Program-made: the position numbers and the translations under genes | Notes under the pieces: model-generated | Database searches by the model: none | What the model was told of the DNA's origin: nothing | The model's input: only the letters and a program-made list of their open reading frames with translations | Virus record (IMG/VR): IMGVR_UViG_2061766007_001346 | Coordinates: 1 to 64,000 of that record | Origin: a virus | Taxonomy: Duplodnaviria > Caudoviricetes | DNA: 64,000 nucleotides | Direction: 5' to 3' (one strand) | Part shown: one piece after another, positions 1-9,491 of the stretch | Layout: every line of letters starts with the position of its first letter | How positions within the stretch are numbered: position 1 is the first letter of the stretch

Positions 1-420
1 GAGATCTCATTAGCAATAGAAATTTCCAATTGCCCCATACATTGCCCTGGGTGCCATAGTCCAGAGCTATGGGGCAATATAGGAAATGAACTTACCAAAA
101 CAACATTAGAAGATTTAGTTACTTCTAATAGAGGTATTACGTGTATAGCTTTTATGGGTGGTGATGCTGAACCCGCTGAAGTAAATAATCTTTCTAAATG
201 GGTTCATGAACATTACAACAATGCTATAAAAACATGTTGGTATTCTGGTAAAGACGAATATCCTCGCTTTATTCCAGATTTTGATTATGTTAAAATTGGA
301 TCTTATCGTGAAGATCGTGGTCCCATAAACGTAAAGACAAGTAATCAGAAAATGGTTAAAATACACCACAATGAGGAAAGATGGTATATGGAAGATATAA
401 CTTATAAATTTTGGAAATAA
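1..420 (+). CDS. nrdG: Anaerobic ribonucleotide reductase activating protein (radical SAM), 5'-truncated by the window
   Basis: Frame 1 is open from base 1: EISLAIEISNCPIHCPGCHSPELW (CxxxCxxC), GITCIAFMGGD, YVKIGSY. Confidence 0.9.
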   Translation, partial: EISLAIEISNCPIHCPGCHSPELWGNIGNELTKTTLEDLVTSNRGITCIAFMGGDAEPAEVNNLSKWVHEHYNNAIKTCWYSGKDEYPRFIPDFDYVKIGSYREDRGPINVKTSNQKMVKIHHNEERWYMEDITYKFWK

Positions 421-797
421 TGGATGTTTTTTGAGGTATGATTATAATATTCATAACTTTACTTATTATATGATTGGGCAGCTATATCGGAATTAAATGA
501 ATTAATAAACCAATTCAAAATTTTCCTAAAGAAGAAACATATAATGATCTTTTAAAAAGACCAGAATGACAAGAAAAAAGGCAAGAGATACTAAAAAGAG
601 ATAATTATAAATGTTGTTATTGCGGAAGTACTGATAAGTTATGTGTCCATCATAAGTATTATCTTCAATATCCTAATCATGAAAAGGTAAAACCGTGAAA
701 TTATCCAGACGATGCATTAATAACTCTTTGTAACAAATGTCATTATAAAGTTCATAAACGTAAATCTATAAAAGTATATTATAAAAAATATGAGTAA
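420..797 (+). CDS. HNH endonuclease with N-terminal hydrophobic (TM-like) segment, 125 aa, 5 in-frame TGA
   Basis: With TGA=W: MDVFWGMIIIFITLLIIWLGSYIGIKW...LKRPEWQEKRQEILKRDNYKCCYCGSTDKLCVHHKYY...KPWNYPDDALITLCNKCH; missed by the ORF track. Confidence 0.85.
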
Positions 798-1146
798 GTA
801 TTTGTGACATTTTGATGTACATTATGTAGAAATGTGAGATAATACGTATCTCGACATACTAACAGAAGAAGAAAAACAGATATTAGAATATTTATGGAAA
901 TGTAAAAAATTCTGGGATTATTTTGATGACTATGATTTTGATGTCCCACCAGAAGAATTATATTTTGAAGAAATCACCGACGAAGAAGCAGATGTAATAT
1001 CAAAATACGTACGTTATTGTAAATCGTATTATGAATACATTTGAAATTGATTAGACGATTTGTATTATAATAAATTCGGAGACTGGCCAGAGGAAGCTTT
1101 TACATTAGAACAAGTAAAACAACTAGTAGATGATACAAATTCTTAG
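790..1146 (+). CDS. Hypothetical acidic protein, 118 aa, 4 in-frame TGA
   Basis: ATG overlaps the upstream gene end; open to TAG with TGA=W; fills the gap exactly. Confidence 0.7.
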
Positions 1147-1351
1147 AAAAGAAGGTTGGGAATTAAACCCAAAGGATTCTGTAGTGAACGCTATCCTCAA
1201 ACTATGTGAAGCCAATGATGGAGAATGCCCTTGCGCAAATCCTGGCGAAACAAGAGAAGATAGATTATGCCCCTGCAGAGAATATCGGGAATATGATAGA
1301 TGCCATTGTACTCTATACGTGAAAAAGAATGTGGTTATTAGCGGTAAATAA
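1130..1351 (+). CDS. Ferredoxin-thioredoxin reductase catalytic-subunit-like protein
   Basis: CPC...CPC...CHC cysteine pattern (GECPC, RLCPC, RCHCTLY). Confidence 0.8.
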   Translation: MIQILRKEGWELNPKDSVVNAILKLCEANDGECPCANPGETREDRLCPCREYREYDRCHCTLYVKKNVVISGK

Positions 1352-1580
1352 ACAGTCTCGCGAGATTAGATACTACTATGGTAGCACTCCGTTCGACGTT
1401 CCTCATGATATTGAAGGTTGGAATATATACGTATTCGACAAACCTCCATTAAAGAGAGAATTTTGTGTGAAAGACGGGAAACCAATTGAACAAATATCAT
1501 TGCTCCCATATAATATTTCTACTACAGAAGATATTGGAAAAATAGAACAGCCATCTGTTCAATATTATATGGACATGTAA
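1329..1580 (+). CDS. Hypothetical protein
   Basis: 83-aa ORF overlapping neighbours in the operon. Confidence 0.6.
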   Translation: MWLLAVNKQSREIRYYYGSTPFDVPHDIEGWNIYVFDKPPLKREFCVKDGKPIEQISLLPYNISTTEDIGKIEQPSVQYYMDM

Positions 1581-1849
1581 TGAAAGAGATCGTAATTAAC
1601 GGACACGAGTACTATATTCTTAGATACTGTGAGGGAGAAACCTGATATCCTGATGAAGATTTGGCCGGTTATTGAACACTGTTACCAGTGTTTACTACAC
1701 AGGACATACTCTATAATCTGGTTATCGATGGTTTTCCGGAACAATTTCGTGATGGAGGTATATATTACTTTATAACTCCAAAACGTCGACTCACATGTTA
1801 CAAAGATGATATACCGCTAATAAACAAATATTTTTATAATCATTATTAA
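1580..1849 (+). CDS. Hypothetical protein, 89 aa, 2 in-frame TGA
   Basis: TAATG coupling at 1578-1582; open to TAA 1849 with TGA=W; ends just before the dUTPase ATG at 1851. Confidence 0.65.
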
Positions 1850-1850
1850 T

Positions 1851-2285
1851 ATGGTAACTATTATAAACTATCAAAAGATGCACCCTGAGGCTGTAGTACC
1901 AATATATGCTACAGAACTTTCTGCTGGTGCAGATTTGCGTAGTGTTGAGGAACAAGTAGTTAAACCAATGACCCCGACATTAATCCATACAGGATTACTT
2001 ATCGAATTAGCTCCCGGTTATGAAGCACAAGTACGGCCAAGAAGTGGGCTCGCCCTTAAGAATGCCATTACCGTACTAAACTCTCCGGGAACAATTGATG
2101 CTGATTATAGGGGTGAAGTTTGTGTAATTTTAATGAACTTCGGAACAGAAGATTTTATTGTTCATCCTGGTGATAGGATTGCACAACTTGTTGTAAAGAA
2201 GTTTGAACAAGTCTTCTATAAAGAAGTAGAAAAACTATCAGAAACAGAACGAGGCGATGGCGGATTTGGACACAGTGGTGTTTAA
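1851..2285 (+). CDS. dut: Trimeric dUTPase
   Basis: [39 protein letters not shown] motifs. Confidence 0.97.
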   Translation: MVTIINYQKMHPEAVVPIYATELSAGADLRSVEEQVVKPMTPTLIHTGLLIELAPGYEAQVRPRSGLALKNAITVLNSPGTIDADYRGEVCVILMNFGTEDFIVHPGDRIAQLVVKKFEQVFYKEVEKLSETERGDGGFGHSGV

Positions 2286-3432
2286 AGAAAATACGGCTAT
2301 TGCTAGAGATAGCCGTAATAAAGTACGAATGGTTCATCTGTGAATTGAACAAATAGACAATCACTATGTTATTCACAGAGAGTCTGGACTTGTATATGGT
2401 AAAAAAGTTATTGCCCCGAGCATTACAATTAATTCTGGTAAGGCGAAACGTTCCACTCTGGAACAGTGCGAACTAACTTATAACTCAATTCTTAAGAAAT
2501 ATCTGGATAAAGGATATAAAGATATAAAGTCCTTAGGAATTGAAGAACTTACTACTGAAAATGCTGAAGAAGCATTAGGTCTAGAAAGGACCGACGCTCA
2601 TAATAATTTGAAACCAATGCTTTGTAAGATTCTTGATAAGACTAACAAGAAACTTACAGATAAAACTTGGCTTAGCAGTTACAAACATGACGGCCTTCGT
2701 GTGTTCTTTTTTTGGAAAAATAATGAAGTACATACTTCATCAAGAGGAGGGCAAGATTATGATGTGGCTGCAACGTACATTCGGAAGGATCCCTACTTAA
2801 ACGATGTTCTACGGAATTCAAATCTTATTTTAGACGGAGAATTGTATAGACACGGCTGGAATTTACAGAAAATCAGTGGTTTAGGACGAAAACAAGAACT
2901 TGTAGAAGAACACAAGGAACTGAAGTTTCACTGTTATGATGTTGTCTTAGACGCTCCGTTTAAGGAAAGACTTAACGTATTAAATATGTTAAAAGAGCAT
3001 TGTCCGGATGATTCCAAACTGGTTATAGTAGACCATGTTCCGGTAACCGGTCTGGATGAAATAATGAAACAACATGATAAAGCTGTATCCGAAGGATATG
3101 AAGGCTTGGTTATCCGTGATCCAGAAAAGACTTATAAGTGCGGCGCACGCGATGACAGAATGCTGAAAATTAAGGAAATGACTGAGGACAGCTTTACAGT
3201 AATAGGATATGAGTTAGGGTTACGTGGTGTCGAGGACATGTGCTTTGTACTTTGTACAAAGGAAGGTAAGCCATTTAAGGCGAAACCTGAAGGAGATAAA
3301 GAATTGAAAGAAGATTATATGAAAAATATAAATGATATTATAGGCAGACTTATGGATGTAAGATTCTTCAATTATACTGATGATGGAATTCCGAACTTAC
3401 CTGTTGCAGTTTGTCCTAGATACGACTTATAA
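2257..3432 (+). CDS. lig: ATP-dependent DNA ligase with N-terminal extension (one TGA at 2341)
   Basis: KHDG adenylation motif, LDGELY, EGLVIR, LKIK; the frame extends upstream of the 2608 call through one TGA to ATG 2257. Confidence 0.88.
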
Positions 3433-3444
3433 ACAGAATACAAT

Positions 3445-4014
3445 ATGGGTTTTAATAAAAACGATCTTGAAAAACTCCGTACCGATCCGTACGCAACATT
3501 TTTCTTTAGAGCATTAGGCATTGATAAAGATAAGTTCTTAGAAGAAGCAGCAAAAGATATTAAAGAAGAAGTTCCTAATGAAATTCCACAAGAGGAATAT
3601 GCTGCTATTGAAAAAGAACTTCAGAACTATATTGATGCCGGTATTATTGAAAAATGTGGTACTACGGCTGATGGAGAAACACTATACAGGTTTGTTGAAA
3701 AACCTGACGTTCCTGAACAAGTAGAAACATTTGAACCAGATAAGCCTAATTTCCTTATGAATGCCAATGGTTTAAAGAATTTTATTCAGGAATATGTAGC
3801 CCTAGAATCCAAAGTTAAGAAACTTAAGTATGTGTACGGCGTTGATCTCGGTGTAGATGGTACCGAAGGCTCAATCCATGCACAGTATAGTAATATTATT
3901 TGGAAACTAATTAGACTGATTTTTGGTGATGAAAACGCGAGTGATATCGCTGATTATTGCTTTGGAAATTCTAATTTCGATAATGTTGAAGCGTTATACG
4001 AAGAATTAACTTAG
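3445..4014 (+). CDS. Hypothetical acidic protein
   Basis: 189-aa ORF in the operon. Confidence 0.7.
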   Translation: MGFNKNDLEKLRTDPYATFFFRALGIDKDKFLEEAAKDIKEEVPNEIPQEEYAAIEKELQNYIDAGIIEKCGTTADGETLYRFVEKPDVPEQVETFEPDKPNFLMNANGLKNFIQEYVALESKVKKLKYVYGVDLGVDGTEGSIHAQYSNIIWKLIRLIFGDENASDIADYCFGNSNFDNVEALYEELT

Positions 4015-4035
4015 CTGTAAAAGCATCTAAAGTCG

Positions 4036-4070
4036 TCTACAATCAATTAAAATTTTAAATTGGGAGTAGA
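4036..4070. repeat. AT-rich imperfect inverted repeat in an intergenic gap
   Basis: TCTAC-AAT-CAATTAAAA/TTTTAAATTG-GGA-GTAGA. Confidence 0.45.
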
Positions 4071-4122
4071 ACTCATCTTTCAAACAAAACTCTCTTAAAA
4101 CGAAAATAAGGAGATATAAACA

Positions 4123-4482
4123 ATGGAAGAAAAAGAACTTGTAAAATTAATTAAGCAACTGTTAACCATGACTCCCTTTGGGTTCTTTGTGACAGAAGAC
4201 AGAAAAAGTGTAACTTATAAGAGTGCCCACGACAGATATTATGAAATCTGCGTCGAGGGTTCTATTGCACCTACTGTATCGATCACAATTTCTACAGAAC
4301 CCGATAGCGGAATTATTTACTGGAGATATATTAATGACCCTCGTAGCACAAACGAAATTAGATATGCTATTACGGATATTGTTGAAGGTCTATCTAAAAA
4401 AGAAATGGAACTCTTTCAACTATATTTAGATGAGGCTCAATATAAAGGTATGGATTCGCTTCTAACGGATAATGGAGAATAA
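4123..4482 (+). CDS. Hypothetical protein
   Basis: 119-aa ORF preceded by AAGGAG. Confidence 0.7.
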   Translation: MEEKELVKLIKQLLTMTPFGFFVTEDRKSVTYKSAHDRYYEICVEGSIAPTVSITISTEPDSGIIYWRYINDPRSTNEIRYAITDIVEGLSKKEMELFQLYLDEAQYKGMDSLLTDNGE

Positions 4483-5044
4483 GTTTTTGGACTACCTGAT
4501 GAGCAGCCCTGATTGTCTGTATATTTACAATCGGGACTGCTCTATTTATGGTTTAGATAAAGGAGAGCAGTATACAGTTGTTGTAAAAGACGACTGAAAA
4601 TGCCCCGAAGAGTTTGGTAAGTACGACATATTTACATATCAGATATTTAGCATCTCCAAATGGTTTGATATGGTGTTATCTGGATCTATCATTCCTTGAG
4701 AATGTGCGTGTCTTAATAAGAAGTACGTTCTTAAAGAACATGTAAAATTAATGATGACAGTTAATCCATTACAATTAAGAAGGGATGTTGATGAATTCAA
4801 AAAGGAAGTCTACCAGTCCATGGGTATTTCTCATGAATGGCCGCTGATTAAACTAATTGTGTTTGCAAATCAGATTATCGAAAACCATAAAATTGTCAAC
4901 TTTAAGGAACCGCTCGCTTACTATGAAAGACGCGATACGGAAACATTAGACGAAGTGATAGAAGGTCCATATTCAAAGCTTAAGTCTTTGACAGACGGTA
5001 TAATAAAACAGGAACTAATTAAAAAGGCAAACAAAAATGTGTAA
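4472..5044 (+). CDS. Hypothetical protein, possibly a degenerate nucleotidyltransferase fold, 190 aa, 2 TGA
   Basis: Extends the 4751 ORF upstream to ATG 4472 with TGA=W; LYIYNRDCSIYG...YTVVV resembles a GS/DxD NTase N-terminus but lacks the canonical acidic residues. Confidence 0.5.
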
Positions 5045-5918
5045 GATATTAGTACTTGCCGGACCTCCGGCATCTGGAAAGAGCACGTATGCTCGTAAAT
5101 ATGTTAAAGAAAACCCTCATTCGATTATTGTTAGTAGGGATTCAATTCGCCAATCTTTTGGTGAATATTGGGTGCCGGAAAGGGAAGATCTAATATCAAA
5201 AGTAGAACGAGATTCTGTTATATCTGGTATTCAAATGGGTTGGGATGTTGTCATAGATGCTACCAATCTAAACCCAAAAACTATAGCTAAATGGGAAGCT
5301 GTTGCAGATGAATATAAATGTGAAATTATATATAAAACGTTTTGGATTCCTTTCAATGAAGCTGTTGTTAGGGATCAAAATCTGGATAGAAACCATCCTG
5401 TAGGCTATAAAGTCCTATTTAATTTTTATAAGAAGTATAATCCTGATTTGCTTAACGATAAAAATTGGGACTTCAGATATATGGCACCAAGACAACTGAA
5501 TAAGCCAAAAGCAATAATTGTTGATGTTGATGGGACAATTGCTCTCAGAAGAGGAAGAAGTCCGTATGATTATGAAAAATGTGACACGGATGAACCAGAA
5601 GATAGGGTTCTCCAAGTAGTATATGATTTATACAGTGCTGGATACGAAGTTCTTTTCGTATCTGGTAGAGAAAAAGTCGGTAACTGTGAACTAAAAACAT
5701 CCCAATGGATTTCGAATCATTATGCGGGTACCTTTAAGCTATTTATGCGTAATGAGGGCGATCATCGAGCGGATAAGTTAGTTAAGGAAGAAATATACCA
5801 TGAGTATATTGAGCCTAATTATGATGTAGTAGCGGTTATTGATGATAGAAACCAGTGCGTTGATCTTTGGAGAAGTCTTGGATTACTAGCATTACAGTCT
5901 TATTATGGAGACTTTTAA
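5037..5918 (+). CDS. pseT: Polynucleotide 5'-kinase/3'-phosphatase (T4 PseT-like)
   Basis: GPPASGKST P-loop, SRD, IDATNL; HAD domain DVDGT, SGR, DDRNQ. Confidence 0.92.
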   Translation: MCKILVLAGPPASGKSTYARKYVKENPHSIIVSRDSIRQSFGEYWVPEREDLISKVERDSVISGIQMGWDVVIDATNLNPKTIAKWEAVADEYKCEIIYKTFWIPFNEAVVRDQNLDRNHPVGYKVLFNFYKKYNPDLLNDKNWDFRYMAPRQLNKPKAIIVDVDGTIALRRGRSPYDYEKCDTDEPEDRVLQVVYDLYSAGYEVLFVSGREKVGNCELKTSQWISNHYAGTFKLFMRNEGDHRADKLVKEEIYHEYIEPNYDVVAVIDDRNQCVDLWRSLGLLALQSYYGDF

Positions 5919-6048
5919 TTTTGAAATTGTTGGAAAACCGTTTAAGATTTCAATTAGTTCGGGAAGCTATTATGAAGCTTGCGAATTACTAGATGATTAT
6001 ATAGAAGAACATGAATTAAACTGATCATATCTAGAATGTAATGTATAA
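5905..6048 (+). CDS. Small hypothetical protein, 47 aa, 1 TGA
   Basis: Overlaps the PNK stop and the next ATG. Confidence 0.45.
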
Positions 6049-6223
6049 ATTTAAGTTTAAAATTTACAAATTATTGTCAAATCACGGATATCAATTTGAT
6101 CACGATATTGTAGTTAGTGCCTCAGACAAGTTTCAAGCTCAACAATTGGCTTCTAATATGTTTGAGGCTCCGGATTATAAATTAGAATCATGAGGAGTTG
6201 TAACAAATGAAGTTTGTAGATAG
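6041..6223 (+). CDS. Small hypothetical protein, 60 aa, 1 TGA
   Basis: Bridges the gap to the thyX start with TGA=W. Confidence 0.45.
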
Positions 6224-7166
6224 TAGTGCTGTAATTATTCCACAGTCGGATGGACTGGATGGCATATATAAACAGATAGAATTGGCCGCAAGAACGGCTT
6301 ATAAGTCTGAAAATAATATTACCGAAGATAGTGCTAAAAGAATGGTTGATTCTTTAATTAAAGCAAACCACGGAGCATGTTTGGAACACGGCACTGTCTA
6401 CTTAACTATACCGAAATCGGATTATGAAGATGTATGGAACGAAGCAAAGTGTCCATATAGCAGTAATCCGTATTCCTGGGTTGAAGAAGATGATGATAAC
6501 TATTATATTACCACAAATCTTCGCGTTCTTGTTGATAATGGTTGGTTATCTGATCTCGAGTGCATATCGGAATGCACGGAACATCATCATCGTCGAGTTA
6601 CGGTAAAGTTTATTTGCAGTATTGGCATTTGTCGTGAAATTTTACGACATCGTAAGTTCTCATTTCTCAACGAATCTACGAGATACTGTAATTATTCGAA
6701 GGATAAATTCGACAATCAGCTTACATGTATAATTCCGCAATGGATTTACGATGTACAACAAGAATGTTCTAAACAGCGCGATTGGCCTCTTACAACAACG
6801 AAATCGTGGCTACTTAACTATAAAAGCGATGAGCTAATTACTATGCTAACTGTTGAGGATAGAACAGTTAGTTCGTGGTACACCACTTTACTTAAAATAG
6901 AGGACGATTATCTTTTTACTACAAAGACAGATGAAAGTTATAGATTAAAAGCTGAAGAAGCCCGTGGTATATTGCCACTGGATCTGAAGAGCGAATTAAT
7001 TGTTACTGGTTTCATTGAAGATTGGAAACATTTCTTCAATCTCAGAAGCCATATAGCAATGACTGGAAAACCTCATCCAGACATTCAAGTACTTGCTGAT
7101 AAACTACTTCAAGACTTTGTAGATAATGAATATATAAATCCCGACGATCTTTATAAAAAGGAATAG
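6207..7166 (+). CDS. thyX: FAD-dependent thymidylate synthase
   Basis: HGACLEH, EILRHRKFSFLNESTRY (RHRx7S), ARGILP, HFFNLR, HPDIQ. Confidence 0.95.
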   Translation: MKFVDSSAVIIPQSDGLDGIYKQIELAARTAYKSENNITEDSAKRMVDSLIKANHGACLEHGTVYLTIPKSDYEDVWNEAKCPYSSNPYSWVEEDDDNYYITTNLRVLVDNGWLSDLECISECTEHHHRRVTVKFICSIGICREILRHRKFSFLNESTRYCNYSKDKFDNQLTCIIPQWIYDVQQECSKQRDWPLTTTKSWLLNYKSDELITMLTVEDRTVSSWYTTLLKIEDDYLFTTKTDESYRLKAEEARGILPLDLKSELIVTGFIEDWKHFFNLRSHIAMTGKPHPDIQVLADKLLQDFVDNEYINPDDLYKKE

Positions 7167-7168
7167 TT

Positions 7169-8266
7169 ATGGGATATACGATTGCACAAGCCGTAAAAAA
7201 GTTGATCATTGATGAGCCTTTTTACGGCTTGTTTTTAATGTCTTTAGAAAAACGATTTGATAAGTACGCCAGTAAGACAGCGTGTGTTATCTCAAATGGA
7301 ATTAATGTCGATCTCTGTATAAATCCAGAATATTGGGAAGACTTGACTGATCCACAACGTGTTGCAATTCTGCAACATGAGGTGATGCATATCTTATTTA
7401 AGCATCTTTGGATGGGAAGAGATTTTCCTGATCATGATAAATTTAATATCGCTGCAGATATAGAAGTTAATTCCTACATAAAGAATCTCCCTCCTTTTCT
7501 ATATACACCATCCACTTGTGGATTTCCACCAGAAAAGGGTACAAAGTGGTATTACGAACGTATTCCTGATGGTTGGGCGAGTCCAGATAATCATATTTGG
7601 GGTGGGTTTGATAGTGATGATTCTGCACAGAGACAACTTATGGAAGATCAAGTAGATTATCTTGCAAGAAATGCAGCCGAACAAGTCCAAAAGACACACG
7701 GTAATATACCCGGATGCTTCAAGGCTTATGTCGAAAATCTATTTGCCAAAAGAAAGCCTGTCTTTAACTGGAGAGGATATCTTAGAAGAGTTTTAGGAAA
7801 TACGATTCAATCGTTTATAAAATCTACTAGATATAGACCTTCCTTTAGATTTCCAGACCAACCAGGAAATGTGGTAAAGTTTAAATCTAAAGTACTAGTA
7901 GCAATAGATACTTCTGGGTCAATATCTGATAAAGAACTTACAGAGTTTTTCTCTGAGCTGTTACATTTGTATAAAACAGGTGTAGCAATAGATGTAGTGG
8001 AATTCGATACTAAAATACAGAATAAATTTGTATTCAAAGGTCCAAGGGATGATATTGTTATTTCTGGTAGAGGTGGTACCGATGCTAGAGATGTATTCGT
8101 ACATTATATAGAACATCCTGAATATTCCACTCTTGTAGTATTTACTGATGGCTGTTTGAGTTTGGCTTTACCACATACACGCAATGTCGTATGGCTGATA
8201 TCATCGAACGGCGAACACAAAGACTATCCAGGTATAACTGTTTATATACCTAAAAATAATACTTAA
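7169..8266 (+). CDS. Metallopeptidase-vWA protein (DUF2201-like)
   Basis: HEVMH, NIAADIEVN; vWA MIDAS DTSGS, GRGGT, FTDG. Confidence 0.88.
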   Translation: MGYTIAQAVKKLIIDEPFYGLFLMSLEKRFDKYASKTACVISNGINVDLCINPEYWEDLTDPQRVAILQHEVMHILFKHLWMGRDFPDHDKFNIAADIEVNSYIKNLPPFLYTPSTCGFPPEKGTKWYYERIPDGWASPDNHIWGGFDSDDSAQRQLMEDQVDYLARNAAEQVQKTHGNIPGCFKAYVENLFAKRKPVFNWRGYLRRVLGNTIQSFIKSTRYRPSFRFPDQPGNVVKFKSKVLVAIDTSGSISDKELTEFFSELLHLYKTGVAIDVVEFDTKIQNKFVFKGPRDDIVISGRGGTDARDVFVHYIEHPEYSTLVVFTDGCLSLALPHTRNVVWLISSNGEHKDYPGITVYIPKNNT

Positions 8267-8267
8267 T

Positions 8268-9491
8268 ATGGATTTAACATTACGGGAAGTAAAACCTTTA
8301 ATAAAATATATAATTAGTAATAACGATGAGATAGAAAAACGTGGTCAACCTCGAGTTAGCATTAATCTTACGTCTGAAGCAGGTTACGGTAAATCTGCAA
8401 TTGTGGAAGAAATTGCAAACGAACTTGGTGCAAACTATGTTAAGTTAAATCTTGCTCAGATTACTGAGACTGGCGATTTAGCTGGATACCCTATTTGTTT
8501 ACATTATGCTTGTAAAGATGATGGCTCCGATTGTAAATGGATTCCGCCAGAATTAATAGACGGCTATATTAAAGCCGGATACCAACTAACCGGTGAGACA
8601 CAAATGTCTTACGCATTACCTAAATGGTACAGGGATATAGATCCTACGAAACCAACCATTCTTAATCTAGATGATTTGTCTAGAGCACTGCCTAATATTA
8701 TTCAGGCTGTTTATGAATTAGTGTACAAGCAAGAGTTCTGGTCATTCAAACTCCCGCCTCAAACCACTATCATATTGACTACTAATCCTAGTAACGGCGA
8801 CTATAATGTGAATGATGAAGATGAAGCTGCAAGATCCCGTAGAGTAAATTTCACGATTAAATGGGATATTGAATCTTGGGCACAATGGGCAGAAGCAAAT
8901 CATCTCGATAATAGAACTATTAATTTCATGCTTGCATATCATCATGAATTGATGGATGACTATGGGACACATACTCACGTAATGAATGCTCGTAGTTATA
9001 CAATGTTCGCGAATATTATTGCTGGAATTCCTAACTGGCAGAATGCAAATAATCTTGCGATGATTCTACAAATTGCGTCGGGATGTTTTAATGATAAAGA
9101 TAATGTTGTAGGAACATTATTTACTAGCTTTATTGCCAATAAATTAGACAAACTGATTTCTCCAGAGGATTTGCTTCTTGGTGATTGGGATAAAGTTTAT
9201 GATAAAGCAAAGAAGTGTGTTTATGATGAGAATGGGCAATATAAACCAAGTGTTGGAGCAATTCTTCAAACAAGATTGCTTAACTACTGTCTTTACTATT
9301 TTTCTCAGAAAGGTGCTAAAACGGAAACAATTGTTAACAGATTGATTAGTTTCATTGATGCTGAGAAAGACGTAACCATTTTCTCTGAAGATATGCTTTA
9401 CAATCTTATTAAGACACTTCGTAGTCTATATCCGACACGTATGAATACTGCGATTCTTAGACCTGAAATTCGTTCAAAAGTTATATTCTAA
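8268..9491 (+). CDS. MoxR-like AAA+ ATPase
   Basis: SEAGYGKS Walker A, GDLAGYP, ILNLDDLSRA Walker B region, TTNP; adjacent to the vWA gene. Confidence 0.85.
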   Translation: MDLTLREVKPLIKYIISNNDEIEKRGQPRVSINLTSEAGYGKSAIVEEIANELGANYVKLNLAQITETGDLAGYPICLHYACKDDGSDCKWIPPELIDGYIKAGYQLTGETQMSYALPKWYRDIDPTKPTILNLDDLSRALPNIIQAVYELVYKQEFWSFKLPPQTTIILTTNPSNGDYNVNDEDEAARSRRVNFTIKWDIESWAQWAEANHLDNRTINFMLAYHHELMDDYGTHTHVMNARSYTMFANIIAGIPNWQNANNLAMILQIASGCFNDKDNVVGTLFTSFIANKLDKLISPEDLLLGDWDKVYDKAKKCVYDENGQYKPSVGAILQTRLLNYCLYYFSQKGAKTETIVNRLISFIDAEKDVTIFSEDMLYNLIKTLRSLYPTRMNTAILRPEIRSKVIF

